Shown here: piece after piece, positions 10,528 to 19,380 of the stretch
Position numbering within the stretch: position 1 is the first letter of the stretch
Layout of the letters: every line of letters begins with the position of its first letter
From: an uncultured Gemmatimonadales bacterium
GTDB taxonomy: Bacteria > Gemmatimonadota > Gemmatimonadetes > Longimicrobiales > RSA9
Direction of reading: 5' to 3'
DNA: 64,000 nucleotides
Assembly: GCA_963783305.1 (NCBI GenBank)
Contig: CAWAMW010000007.1
Span: forward strand, 256,001 to 320,000
Notes under the pieces: generated by a model
Told to the model about the DNA's origin: nothing
The model's input: the letters and a program-made list of their open reading frames with translations, nothing else
Database searches by the model: none
Position numbers and translations under genes: made by a program

Positions 10528-10799
10528 TCAGATCTCGAGCTGCATCCCGAGCTCCACCACCTGGTTTGACGGGATCCGGAAGTAGGTGGTGGCGCCAGTG
10601 GCGTTGCGACTCATGACGGCGAAGAGCTTGTCGCGCCAGAGCGCCATCCCGGGTCGATACCAGATCGGCGTAGAGCGCCTCGCCGCCCGTCACCACCAGG
10701 AAGACGGAGCCCAGCACCAGGGGAGAGGATCATCAGGCGCTTGCCCGTAGGGCTGCTTTCCTGCTCGTACGCTTCCGGGAGCTGAAGGTCCTCGTCCAT
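10528..10799 (-). pseudogene. kup: KUP/HAK/KT potassium transporter remnant, collapsed to 272 bp
   Basis: Three collinear pieces: N-terminal MDEDLQ..GKRLMILS, signature [17 protein letters not shown], and C-terminal [41 protein letters not shown]. Confidence 0.85.
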
Positions 10800-10971
10800 G
10801 ACCGGCAAAGGTATTGGGTCCGACGCAGAGCCACCAGCACGACTATCTGAGGGCCTTGGGGCACTGCTTCGGGCGCTCTCCTCGCACACTCCACAGCACA
10901 CGGCTCTCACCGAAGAGGGACTTCTTAGCGCCATTACTGGGATATCCCCGGGTCACGTTTTACACGGTTCC

Positions 10972-10999
10972 CGCATGTTCGACTCCCGCCGGCTCCATG
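10972..10999 (+). repeat. 28-bp direct repeat, copy 1 (tmRNA/tRNA 3'-end-like, putative att site)
   Basis: CGCATGTTCGACTCCCGCCGGCTCCATG, identical to 13552-13579. Confidence 0.8.
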
Positions 11000-11019
11000 C
11001 AGGAAGCAGTGAAGGCAGG

Positions 11020-11070
11020 ACACAGAAACGGTGGAGTGACGCGGAAAAGCTCACTCCGCCGTTACTGTGT
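11020..11070. other. Imperfect 20-bp-arm inverted repeat
   Basis: ACACAGAAACGGTGGAGTGA ... TCACTCCGCCGTTACTGTGT, 2 mismatches; just downstream of repeat copy 1. Confidence 0.55.
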
Positions 11071-11155
11071 GTGGCCGCCACGCCTTTGACGACGCCCCCC
11101 CTCCGCGCTACCCTTGCCTCGTCCCCACACCCGACCCCCACTACGCCAGACCACG

Positions 11156-13471
11156 ATGCGCCGACCTGTCGCCCTTGCCAGTCTCTTTGCCCTCCTCCCC
11201 CTCCTCGCCCCGGCGGCCGCGCGCGCCCAGGCCCCGTCGGCGGCCGAGATCGCCCGCTGGGAGGCTACGGCCGCGCGGGTCACCATCACCCGCGACGACT
11301 GGGGGATCGCCCACGTCCGCGGCGCCACCGACGCCGACGCGGTCTTCGGCATGGAGTACGCCCAGGCGGAGGACGATTACGCGCGCATCGAGGCCAACTA
11401 TGCCTTCGCCCTCGGGCGCACCGCCATGGCCACGGGCGAGGCCGGCATATGGCTGGACCTGCGCGCCCGCATGTACGCGGACCCGGACTCGCTGAAGGCG
11501 CTGTACGCGGAGAGCCCGGCGTCGCTGAGGGCGCTCATGGACGCGTTCGCCGACGGGCTCAACTACTGGCTGTACAGGCACCCGGACGCGGACCGCACCG
11601 CCATCCAGCGCTACGAGCCGTGGATGGCCCTCTCCTTCACCGAGGGGAGCATCGGCGGCGATATCGAGCGCATCGACCTGGACGCCCTGGAATCTTTCTA
11701 CGGCACCCAGCCGACCCGAGCCTCCCGGGCCACCGGGGGCTCCTCGGCGACCGGCGCCGGGCAGGCCGCCCGGGCCGGACAGGCCGGGCAGCCCGCGCAG
11801 GCCGGTGACGCGGCCCGGCCCCTCGTCGCATACATCGAGCGCCTGGCCAGCCGGGCGGCGGACGGGGAGCCGCGGGGGTCGAACGGGTTCGCCATCGCGC
11901 CGGAGAACACGCTGGACGGGCACGCGCTGCTCTTCATCAACCCCCACACCTCCTTCTACTTCCGCTCCGAGCTCCAGATGACGAGCGACGAGGGGCTGGA
12001 CGCGTACGGCGCGGTCACGTGGGGGCAGTTCTTCATCTACCAGGGCTTCAACCGCACGGCCGGGTGGATGCACACGTCCAGCGGCGTGGACAACATCGAC
12101 TGGTTCGACGAGACGGTGGTGGAGAAGGGGGGTCGCACGCTGGTCCGCTACGGCGGCCGGGAGGTCCCCATGGCGACGAAGCCGGTCACCATCCGCTACC
12201 GCGCGGACGACGGCTCCACGGCCGAGCGCACGTTCACCGTCTACTACACGCAGCACGGGCCCGTCGTGGCCCGCCACGGGGAGAAGTGGCGGACGGTGAG
12301 CCTCATGTGGAGCCCCGTGGACGCGCTGACGCAGAGCTACACGCGCACGAAGGCGAAGGACCTGGACGCGTACCTGGACATCATGAAGCTGCACACCAAC
12401 TCATCCAACAACACCGTCTACGCCGACGCGTCGGGGAACATCGCCTACCTCCACAGCAACTACATCCCCCGTCGCAGCACCGCGTTCGACTGGAACCAGC
12501 CCGTCCCGGGCGACGACCCGAAGACCGCCTACGACGGCGTCCTGACCATCGACGAGACCCCCAACGTCATCAACCCCGGCGTCGGCTGGGTCTACAACTC
12601 CAACAACTGGCCCTGGTCCGCCGCCGGCCCCGACAGCCCCGCCCGCGAGGAATTCCCCGAGTACGTGGAGCGCGGCCGCTACGAGACCGCCCGCGGCCTC
12701 CACGCCCTCCGCCTCCTCCCCGGGCACGACCCGTTCACCGCGGCCACGCTCACCGACCTGGCCTACGACAGCTACCTGCCCGCCTTCGCCCTCATGGTGC
12801 CGCCGCTGGTCCGGGCGTACGACGCGCTCCCCGCCGCCGACCCCATGCGCCAGAAGCTCGCCGGGCCCATCGCCCGGCTCCGCGGGTGGGACTACCGCTG
12901 GGGCGTGAACTCCGTCCCCACGTCGCTGGCCGTGTTCTGGGGGGAGGCCGTCATGGGCGATGGGTACCGCGCCGCCGACCGCCCCGAAGGCATGGCCCCC
13001 GAGCGGTGGGTGGGCGAGCGCGCCCCCGGCGCCCTGCTCGTCGAGACCTTCGCCTCCGCCGTGGACCGGCTGGCCGGCGACTTCGGCACCTGGGACGTCC
13101 CGTGGGGCCAGATCAACCGCTTCCAGCGCATCAGCCCCGACATCGGCCCCCACTTCGACGACGACGCCCACAGCATCCCCGTCCCCTTCACCTCCTCCCG
13201 GTGGGGCTCCCTGGCGTCGTTCGGCGCGCGGCCGTACCCGAACACCAGGCGGTGGTACGGCACCAGCGGCAACAGCTTCGTGGCCGTGGTGGAGTTCGGC
13301 GACAGCGTGCGGGCAAGGGCGCTGACCGCCGGCGGCGAGAGCGGGCACCCCGACTCGCCCCACTTCAACGACCAGGCGGCCCTCTACGCCATGGGGCACC
13401 TGAGGGAAGTGTACTTCTACCCCTCCCAGTTGAAGGCGCACACCGAGCGCGTGTACCACCCCGGCCGGTAG
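11156..13471 (+). CDS. Penicillin acylase family (Ntn hydrolase, peptidase S45)
   Basis: Signal peptide, ITRDDWGIAHV, YAQAED, beta-chain nucleophile GSNGFAI, LLFINPH and GGESGHPDSPHFNDQA. Confidence 0.93.
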   Translation: MRRPVALASLFALLPLLAPAAARAQAPSAAEIARWEATAARVTITRDDWGIAHVRGATDADAVFGMEYAQAEDDYARIEANYAFALGRTAMATGEAGIWLDLRARMYADPDSLKALYAESPASLRALMDAFADGLNYWLYRHPDADRTAIQRYEPWMALSFTEGSIGGDIERIDLDALESFYGTQPTRASRATGGSSATGAGQAARAGQAGQPAQAGDAARPLVAYIERLASRAADGEPRGSNGFAIAPENTLDGHALLFINPHTSFYFRSELQMTSDEGLDAYGAVTWGQFFIYQGFNRTAGWMHTSSGVDNIDWFDETVVEKGGRTLVRYGGREVPMATKPVTIRYRADDGSTAERTFTVYYTQHGPVVARHGEKWRTVSLMWSPVDALTQSYTRTKAKDLDAYLDIMKLHTNSSNNTVYADASGNIAYLHSNYIPRRSTAFDWNQPVPGDDPKTAYDGVLTIDETPNVINPGVGWVYNSNNWPWSAAGPDSPAREEFPEYVERGRYETARGLHALRLLPGHDPFTAATLTDLAYDSYLPAFALMVPPLVRAYDALPAADPMRQKLAGPIARLRGWDYRWGVNSVPTSLAVFWGEAVMGDGYRAADRPEGMAPERWVGERAPGALLVETFASAVDRLAGDFGTWDVPWGQINRFQRISPDIGPHFDDDAHSIPVPFTSSRWGSLASFGARPYPNTRRWYGTSGNSFVAVVEFGDSVRARALTAGGESGHPDSPHFNDQAALYAMGHLREVYFYPSQLKAHTERVYHPGR

Positions 13472-13551
13472 GCGCCCCCTGGCCGCGCGCGGACCGCGCT
13501 GACGACATGGGGGCGGGACGCAGGTTCTCCGGTCGCAGGCCCTGTGGCACG

Positions 13552-13579
13552 CGCATGTTCGACTCCCGCCGGCTCCATG
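13552..13579 (+). repeat. 28-bp direct repeat, copy 2 (tmRNA/tRNA 3'-end-like, putative att site)
   Basis: Identical to 10972-10999. Confidence 0.8.
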
Positions 13580-13582
13580 GAA

Positions 13583-13621
13583 GCGCCCGGTGATCTTCGG
13601 ATCACCGGGCGCCTTGTTGTT
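13583..13621 (+). terminator. Intrinsic terminator-like hairpin
   Basis: Perfect 13-bp stem GCGCCCGGTGATC-TTCG-GATCACCGGGCGC followed by CTTGTTGTT. Confidence 0.7.
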
Positions 13622-13723
13622 CGCGGCGTTCGACGCCGTCTCACCCGCGCACCCGTCTCGCTGCGCGATCCGGACGCGGGCTGAGTTGCGGTCCACATAG
13701 GCGGGGCGCCGATCACGACCTGC

Positions 13724-13773
13724 TTGACACCCGACGCCGATTGACCCCACTTTGTTCGACATGCGAACAAAGT
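13724..13773 (+). promoter_or_regulatory. Putative sigma70 promoter overlapped by a palindromic ROK-type operator
   Basis: TTGACA (13724-29), N18, CACTTT; palindrome ACTTTGTTCG-N5-CGAACAAAGT at 13749-13773. Confidence 0.7.
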
Positions 13774-13839
13774 CTGCGGACCCTGGCACGGCGCCATCCC
13801 GCAGCGGTCCCACTGCGCCTCCTCAAGGAGAGAGACGAC

Positions 13840-16800
13840 ATGCGTCCGGATCCCATGCACCTCACGGACCCGCCCCGACCGGGCCGGCTCTTCACCCTCC
13901 TCCTGGCGGCGGTCCTGCTGATCCCGGCGGTCGCGAGCGCCCAGGCGAATCGGGTGGAGGTGGTATCCGACGCCTCGGGTTCGCGGATCATGGCGGACGG
14001 CGAGGCGGTCTTCGTGAAGGGTGTGAACTGGGACTACTTCCCGATCGGCACGACGACGACCTACAACTTATGGGCGCAGCCGGACGACTTCATCCGTCAG
14101 GCGTTGAACCGGGAGATGTCGTTGATCCAGTCCATGGGCGGCAACGCGATCCGGGTGTACAACGGGATTCCGCCTCGCTGGGTGGAGTACATCTACGAGA
14201 ACTTCGGGATCTGGAGCATCGTCAATCACCCGGTGGGCCGGTACGGTGTCACACTCTCCGGGACGTACGTCCCGAACACCGATTACTCGGACGAGACGGT
14301 GCGGCGTCGGCTGCGGGACGAGGTGGTGGAGCTGGTGGACGAGTTCGAGGGCACGCGGGGTCTCCTGATGTGGCTGCTGGGGAACGAGAACAACTACGGT
14401 CTGGAGTGGAGCTCAGCGGAGACCGAGGACCTTCCGGTAGGTCAGCAGAACGAGGTCAAGGCCCGGTACCTGTACTCGCTGATGGGCGAGATCGTGGACG
14501 CGATCCACGCGCGGGACCCGAACCGGCCGGTGGCGATGGCGAACGGGGACCTGCAGTACCTCGACGTCATCGCCGAAGAGGTGCCCAACCTGGACGTGTT
14601 CGGCTCCAACGTGTACCGGGGCATCTCGTTCCGTGACTTCTTCGAGGAGGTGGATCGGGCCATGGGGATCCCGGTCATGTTCACCGAGTTCGGCGCGGAT
14701 GCGTTCAACGCCCGGACGATGCGGGAGGACCAGGTCACGCAGGCGCGGTACCTGATCGGGCAGTGGGAGGAGATCTACGCGAACGCCGCGGGGAACGGGC
14801 TGGTGGGCAACGCGGTGGGCGGCCTGACATTCCAGTGGAGCGACGGGTGGTGGAAGTTCGGCCAGGACAGCCGGCTGGACATCCAGGACACGAATGCCTC
14901 GTGGGCGAATGACGCCTACCCCGAGGACCTCGTGCCCGGGCAGAACAACATGAACGAGGAGTGGTGGGGGATCATGGCGAAGGGGCCGACGGACGCCTTC
15001 GGCCAGTACGAGATCTACCCGCGGGCGGCCTACTACGCGCTGAAGGAGATCTACGAGCTGGACCCCTACGGCGCCGGCGTGGACCAGCAGGTGATCGAGG
15101 ACCACTTCGGCTCCATCACGGCCTCGGCGGCGGCGCTGGCGGCCCGCGGGGACGGGGCCGCTCTCCAGTCGGCGCTGAGCAGCCTGGCTCGCTTCGACGG
15201 GCTCCGAATCGAGCTCGAGACCTTCAGCACCGGTGGGGAGCGGATCCAGACCCCCGAGGAGGCGACGGCGGGGAGCAGCCTCCGTCCCGCTTCGCAGGGG
15301 TTCGACACGAAGCAGTCCTTCTACCTCGACTTCGCCTCGAGGCCGGCGCCGAACGTGCGCGCGGACCTGGCGGTGAACGTGGTGGGCAACGTGCCGGAGA
15401 ACCCGATCGACGAGCTCTTCTACGAGGCGCCGGCCCGGCCCCGGCTGGTCCTGGCCGATGGGGAGCTGGTCCAGACGCAGCTCGACAGGATCCGGATCTA
15501 CTCCGGGAGCTTCAGCTGGGACGAGAGCCTCTTCCGGGTGGACGGCTTCTACCGCAGTGGCCACTACCACTGGGGCTACGAGGGCGACTTCTTCAACCTG
15601 TACCGGGAAGCGAACTACGGCCCCAACCTCGACATCTACAACGGGGTGGCGCCGGTCGGCGTGGAGTTCACCGGGAAACGGACGCTGGACGGGCTCAAGT
15701 TCGCCTTCGGTCCCGAGCTGTGGTGGGGCGCCAACCCGGCCGCCATGGCCATGTACACCCGGCAGCTGGGAGCGTGGACCGTCTCCGCGGTCTTCCAGGA
15801 GGACTTCGCGCGGCAGGGGCAGGTGGTCACGTCGTTCGCGATTCCCACCCCGCAGGACCGGCGGGCGACGCTGACGGTGGAGCGGGAAGTGGGCCCGTTC
15901 GGCGTCCAGCTGGGCGGGATCTGGGCCGGGTCGCCGCTGGTGGGCCGGACGTTCCAGCTCGTCGACCGCCAGTCCGACGGCAGCTACCGGGTCCTCCAGG
16001 ACCAGGTCAAGGACTCGGACACCTTCGGCGGGAAGGCGAAGGTCACCCTCAGCCGGGGCCCCATCAACTGGTACGCGCTGGGGTCGGCCACCGGGGTGGT
16101 GGCCAACGGCGGCTACGACCAGACCCAGACCTACACCGGGTGGGCCCTCAAGGACAATGGGAGCGGCAACCAGTGGCAGGTGCTGAGCGGGTTCACCTAC
16201 AACCTGGGCAGCAACGTGCAGATCGCGCCGAACTTCATGTGGCAGAAGCCCCTGGTCGGCCCCATCCCCGCGGCCGCCCCGGCGCCGGCCCGGCCCCGGA
16301 ACATCCTGGATGATCCGTTCTCCGTGCGGGTGAACCGGGAGACGGTGGCGGGTGAGCTGCTCGTGACCTGGGACCCGACCCCCGCAACCTGGATGTACGC
16401 CTGGGACAGCGACGTGCAGGAGGACGCCCCACTGGCTGTGAGCGCCGGGATCGTCTTCCGCCGCCATGAGACCACGGCCAATGCGGCGATCGGGATCCTG
16501 TCGGATGGCCGGACCGCCTTCGCCTTCCCCGGAGCGACTCCGGCGCGGGACCTCTGGGAGGCCCGGGCCCGGATGATCTCGAAGCGGAGCGAGGGTGTGA
16601 ACCTGATCCTCAACGCCTTCTACGGCATCGGGGAGCCCAACGGCGCGGATGAGCGGAAGGTCACCCGCTACGGCGGCGACGTCCGGGTGGTGCTGGGCTC
16701 GGCCAAGCTTGCGGGCTTCGCCAGGTTCGACGACTGGGGCCCGTACGACTACCACCGGGACTTCAATCTGACGTTCCCCCGACAGCTGGGCGCCGACCTC

Positions 16801-17010
16801 TCGTGGACGCTGGGGATGCCCGACTGGTTCAACGTCCCGGGCACCCGCTTCGGCGTAATGGGCACCCACCGGACGCTGAACGAGTATTCGCCCCGCTACT
16901 GCCCTGGCTTCAAGGCCGGACCGGGCGGGACCCCGATCTGCGATCCGACGGCTCCGGGCGACCAGGGGTCGGAGTGGGAGATCCGCACCTACTTCCACGT
17001 GGGGTTGTGA
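13840..17010 (+). CDS. Secreted clan GH-A (GH2-like TIM barrel) glycosidase fused to a putative outer-membrane beta-barrel region
   Basis: RBS AAGGAG; signal peptide; VKGVNW, LLGNENNY (acid/base) and MFTEFG (nucleophile); C-terminal ~600 aa of amphipathic strands ending WEIRTYFHVGL. Confidence 0.75.
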   Translation: MRPDPMHLTDPPRPGRLFTLLLAAVLLIPAVASAQANRVEVVSDASGSRIMADGEAVFVKGVNWDYFPIGTTTTYNLWAQPDDFIRQALNREMSLIQSMGGNAIRVYNGIPPRWVEYIYENFGIWSIVNHPVGRYGVTLSGTYVPNTDYSDETVRRRLRDEVVELVDEFEGTRGLLMWLLGNENNYGLEWSSAETEDLPVGQQNEVKARYLYSLMGEIVDAIHARDPNRPVAMANGDLQYLDVIAEEVPNLDVFGSNVYRGISFRDFFEEVDRAMGIPVMFTEFGADAFNARTMREDQVTQARYLIGQWEEIYANAAGNGLVGNAVGGLTFQWSDGWWKFGQDSRLDIQDTNASWANDAYPEDLVPGQNNMNEEWWGIMAKGPTDAFGQYEIYPRAAYYALKEIYELDPYGAGVDQQVIEDHFGSITASAAALAARGDGAALQSALSSLARFDGLRIELETFSTGGERIQTPEEATAGSSLRPASQGFDTKQSFYLDFASRPAPNVRADLAVNVVGNVPENPIDELFYEAPARPRLVLADGELVQTQLDRIRIYSGSFSWDESLFRVDGFYRSGHYHWGYEGDFFNLYREANYGPNLDIYNGVAPVGVEFTGKRTLDGLKFAFGPELWWGANPAAMAMYTRQLGAWTVSAVFQEDFARQGQVVTSFAIPTPQDRRATLTVEREVGPFGVQLGGIWAGSPLVGRTFQLVDRQSDGSYRVLQDQVKDSDTFGGKAKVTLSRGPINWYALGSATGVVANGGYDQTQTYTGWALKDNGSGNQWQVLSGFTYNLGSNVQIAPNFMWQKPLVGPIPAAAPAPARPRNILDDPFSVRVNRETVAGELLVTWDPTPATWMYAWDSDVQEDAPLAVSAGIVFRRHETTANAAIGILSDGRTAFAFPGATPARDLWEARARMISKRSEGVNLILNAFYGIGEPNGADERKVTRYGGDVRVVLGSAKLAGFARFDDWGPYDYHRDFNLTFPRQLGADLSWTLGMPDWFNVPGTRFGVMGTHRTLNEYSPRYCPGFKAGPGGTPICDPTAPGDQGSEWEIRTYFHVGL

Positions 17011-17021
17011 CCCGGCACCCC

Positions 17022-19380
17022 ATGAGCGAACCGAAGGACCAGTCCCCGGGTCCGGTGGAGCGCCGGATCCGGGAGCTCGTGGAGGGCATGAGCCTCCACG
17101 ACAAGGCGGGCCAGCTGACGCTCGTCAATGGCGCCGGGGGGCACGTCACGGATGACCTCGCCGGATCGATCCGGGCCGGGGAGGTCGGGGCCGTCCTGAA
17201 CGAGGTGGACCCGGAGACCGTGAACGAGATGCAGCGGATCGCCGTGGAGGAGTCGCCCCACGGGATCCCGCTCCTCGTCGGCCGGGACGTCATCCACGGC
17301 TTCCGGACGGTCTTCCCCATTCCTCTGGGACAGGCCGCCACATGGAACCCGGAGCGGGTGCGAGAGGGGGCCCGGGTGGCGGCACTGGAGGCGGCCCGGG
17401 CCGGCGTGAACTGGACGTTCGCCCCCATGGTCGACATCGCGCGCGACCCCCGCTGGGGCCGTGTCGCCGAGAGCCTGGGAGAGGACCCGTACCTGGGGTC
17501 CGTTCTGGCGAGAGCCATGGTGGAGGGGTTCCAGGGCGACGATCTGGCGGACCGGGGCCACATCGCCGCCTGCGCCAAGCACTTCGCCGGGTACGGCGCC
17601 AGCGAGAGCGGGAAGGACTACAACACCACCAACATCCCCGAGCGGGAGCTGCGCGACGTCCACCTCCCGCCGTTCCGGGCGGCCCTGGAGGCCGGTGTCG
17701 TCTCCTTCATGGCGTCCTTCAGCGACCTGGACGGAATCCCGGCCTCGGCGAACCGGAAGCTGATGACCGGGATCCTGCGGGAGGAGTGGGGCTTCCACGG
17801 CTTCGTCGTGAGTGACTGGGACTCCATCCCCCAGCTGATGGACCACGGGCTGGCCGGGGATCGGCGCGCCGCGGCCCGGGAGGCGCTCCTGGCCGGCGTG
17901 GACATGGACATGGCGGGGTACACGTACCTCGAGCACCTGCCCTCCCTCGTGGAGTCGGGCGAGGTGGCGGAGGCGCTCCGTGGACGCCATGGTGGCCGCC
18001 GTCCTGCGCGTGAAGCTCGCCCTCGGGCTCTTCGACCACCCCTGGACGGAGCCGGAGCGGTTCCCCGTCCCCGGCGACGCGCGGCACCTGGAGGCGGCCC
18101 GCGTGGCCGCCCGCGAGAGCATGGTCCTCCTCAAGAACCGGGACCGGATCCTCCCGCTGGATCGGGATCGGGTGGGCCGCGTCGCCGTCATCGGTCGTCT
18201 GGCCGACGCCCCGGCCGAACAGCTCGGGACCTGGGTGTTCGACGGGGACCCTGACCTCAGCGTCACCCCCCTGGCGGCGCTTAGAGACGCACTGGGCGAA
18301 GGCGTAGAGATCCGATACGCCCCGGGCCTGGACCCGTCATGGGACCGGAGTCATGCCGGCTTTCGCGAGGCCGTGGAAGCCGCCGCGGGGGCCGATGTGA
18401 CGCTGCTCTTCCTGGGGGAGGACGCCATCCTCTCCGGCGAGGCGCACTGCCGTGCCGACATCGGCCTCCCGGGAGCCCAGTCCGCCCTGCTGGAGGCCGT
18501 CCACGACACGGGGACCCCCGTCGTCGTGGTGCTCATGACGGGTCGGCCGCTGGCGCTCGAGGCCGACTGCACCGGATGGACGCGCTCCTGTGCGCCTGGC
18601 ACCCCGGGTCCATGGCGGGGCCGGCGCTGGCGGATCTCCTCCTCGGGGACCACAGCCCGTCAGGGACGGCTGCCGGTGACGTTCCCGCGAGTCACCGGCC
18701 AGGTACCCATCTACTACGGGCACAAGAACACGGGCCGGCCCGCCACCGACGAGACGTGGACCCACCTGGACGACGTCGCCCGGGGAGCGCACCAGGTCTC
18801 GGTGGGCAATACGTCGTTCCACCTGGACACCCACTACACGCCCCTCTTTCCCTTCGGCTTCGGGCTCATGTACGGGGACGTCGACTACGAGGATCTCCGC
18901 TTCCGGGCGCTGGACCAACGGGAGCCGGAAGAGGGAGGTCGGGAAGGGCTCCAGAGCGACCGGGACGCGCTCCTGAGCGACCACCTGGAGTTCACCGTCC
19001 AGGTCCGGAACCGGGGCCACCGGGCTGTCACCGAGGTGGTACAGCTCTACGTCCGGGACCCGGTGGCCAGCGTCACCCGACCCGTTCGGGAGCTGAAGCG
19101 CTTCGCCCGGGTCGCCCTGGACGCCAACGAATCCCGCACGGTGCGCTTCGAGCTCACCGCCCGTGACCTCGCCTTCCACGGCCGGGACATGCGGCCGGTG
19201 GTGGAGCCGGGCCGCTTCGAGGCGTGGGTGGGCGGCAGCTCCAGCACCGGGCTGCACCTGGAGTTCCACCTCCATCCGGGCCCGGGCGAGGCCCGGGACC
19301 GCGCCCCTGCCGGCGGTGAGTACCTGACCGTGCGGCCGGCCCCCCGGATTCCACCGCCGTCTACTTCGGAGGCCCCATGA
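17022..19380 (+). CDS. bglX: GH3 beta-glucosidase (BglX-like) with three single-base indels (probably sequencing errors)
   Basis: DVIHGFRTVFPIPLG, RDPRWGR, KHFAGYG, VVSDW and EVVQLYVRD; frames switch near 17978, 18567 and 18664. Confidence 0.85.

Noticed and set aside
10972..10999. Complete tRNA or tmRNA gene at either repeat copy
   Set aside because: Upstream sequence does not supply the 5' T-stem or acceptor strand; only a 3' fragment is present
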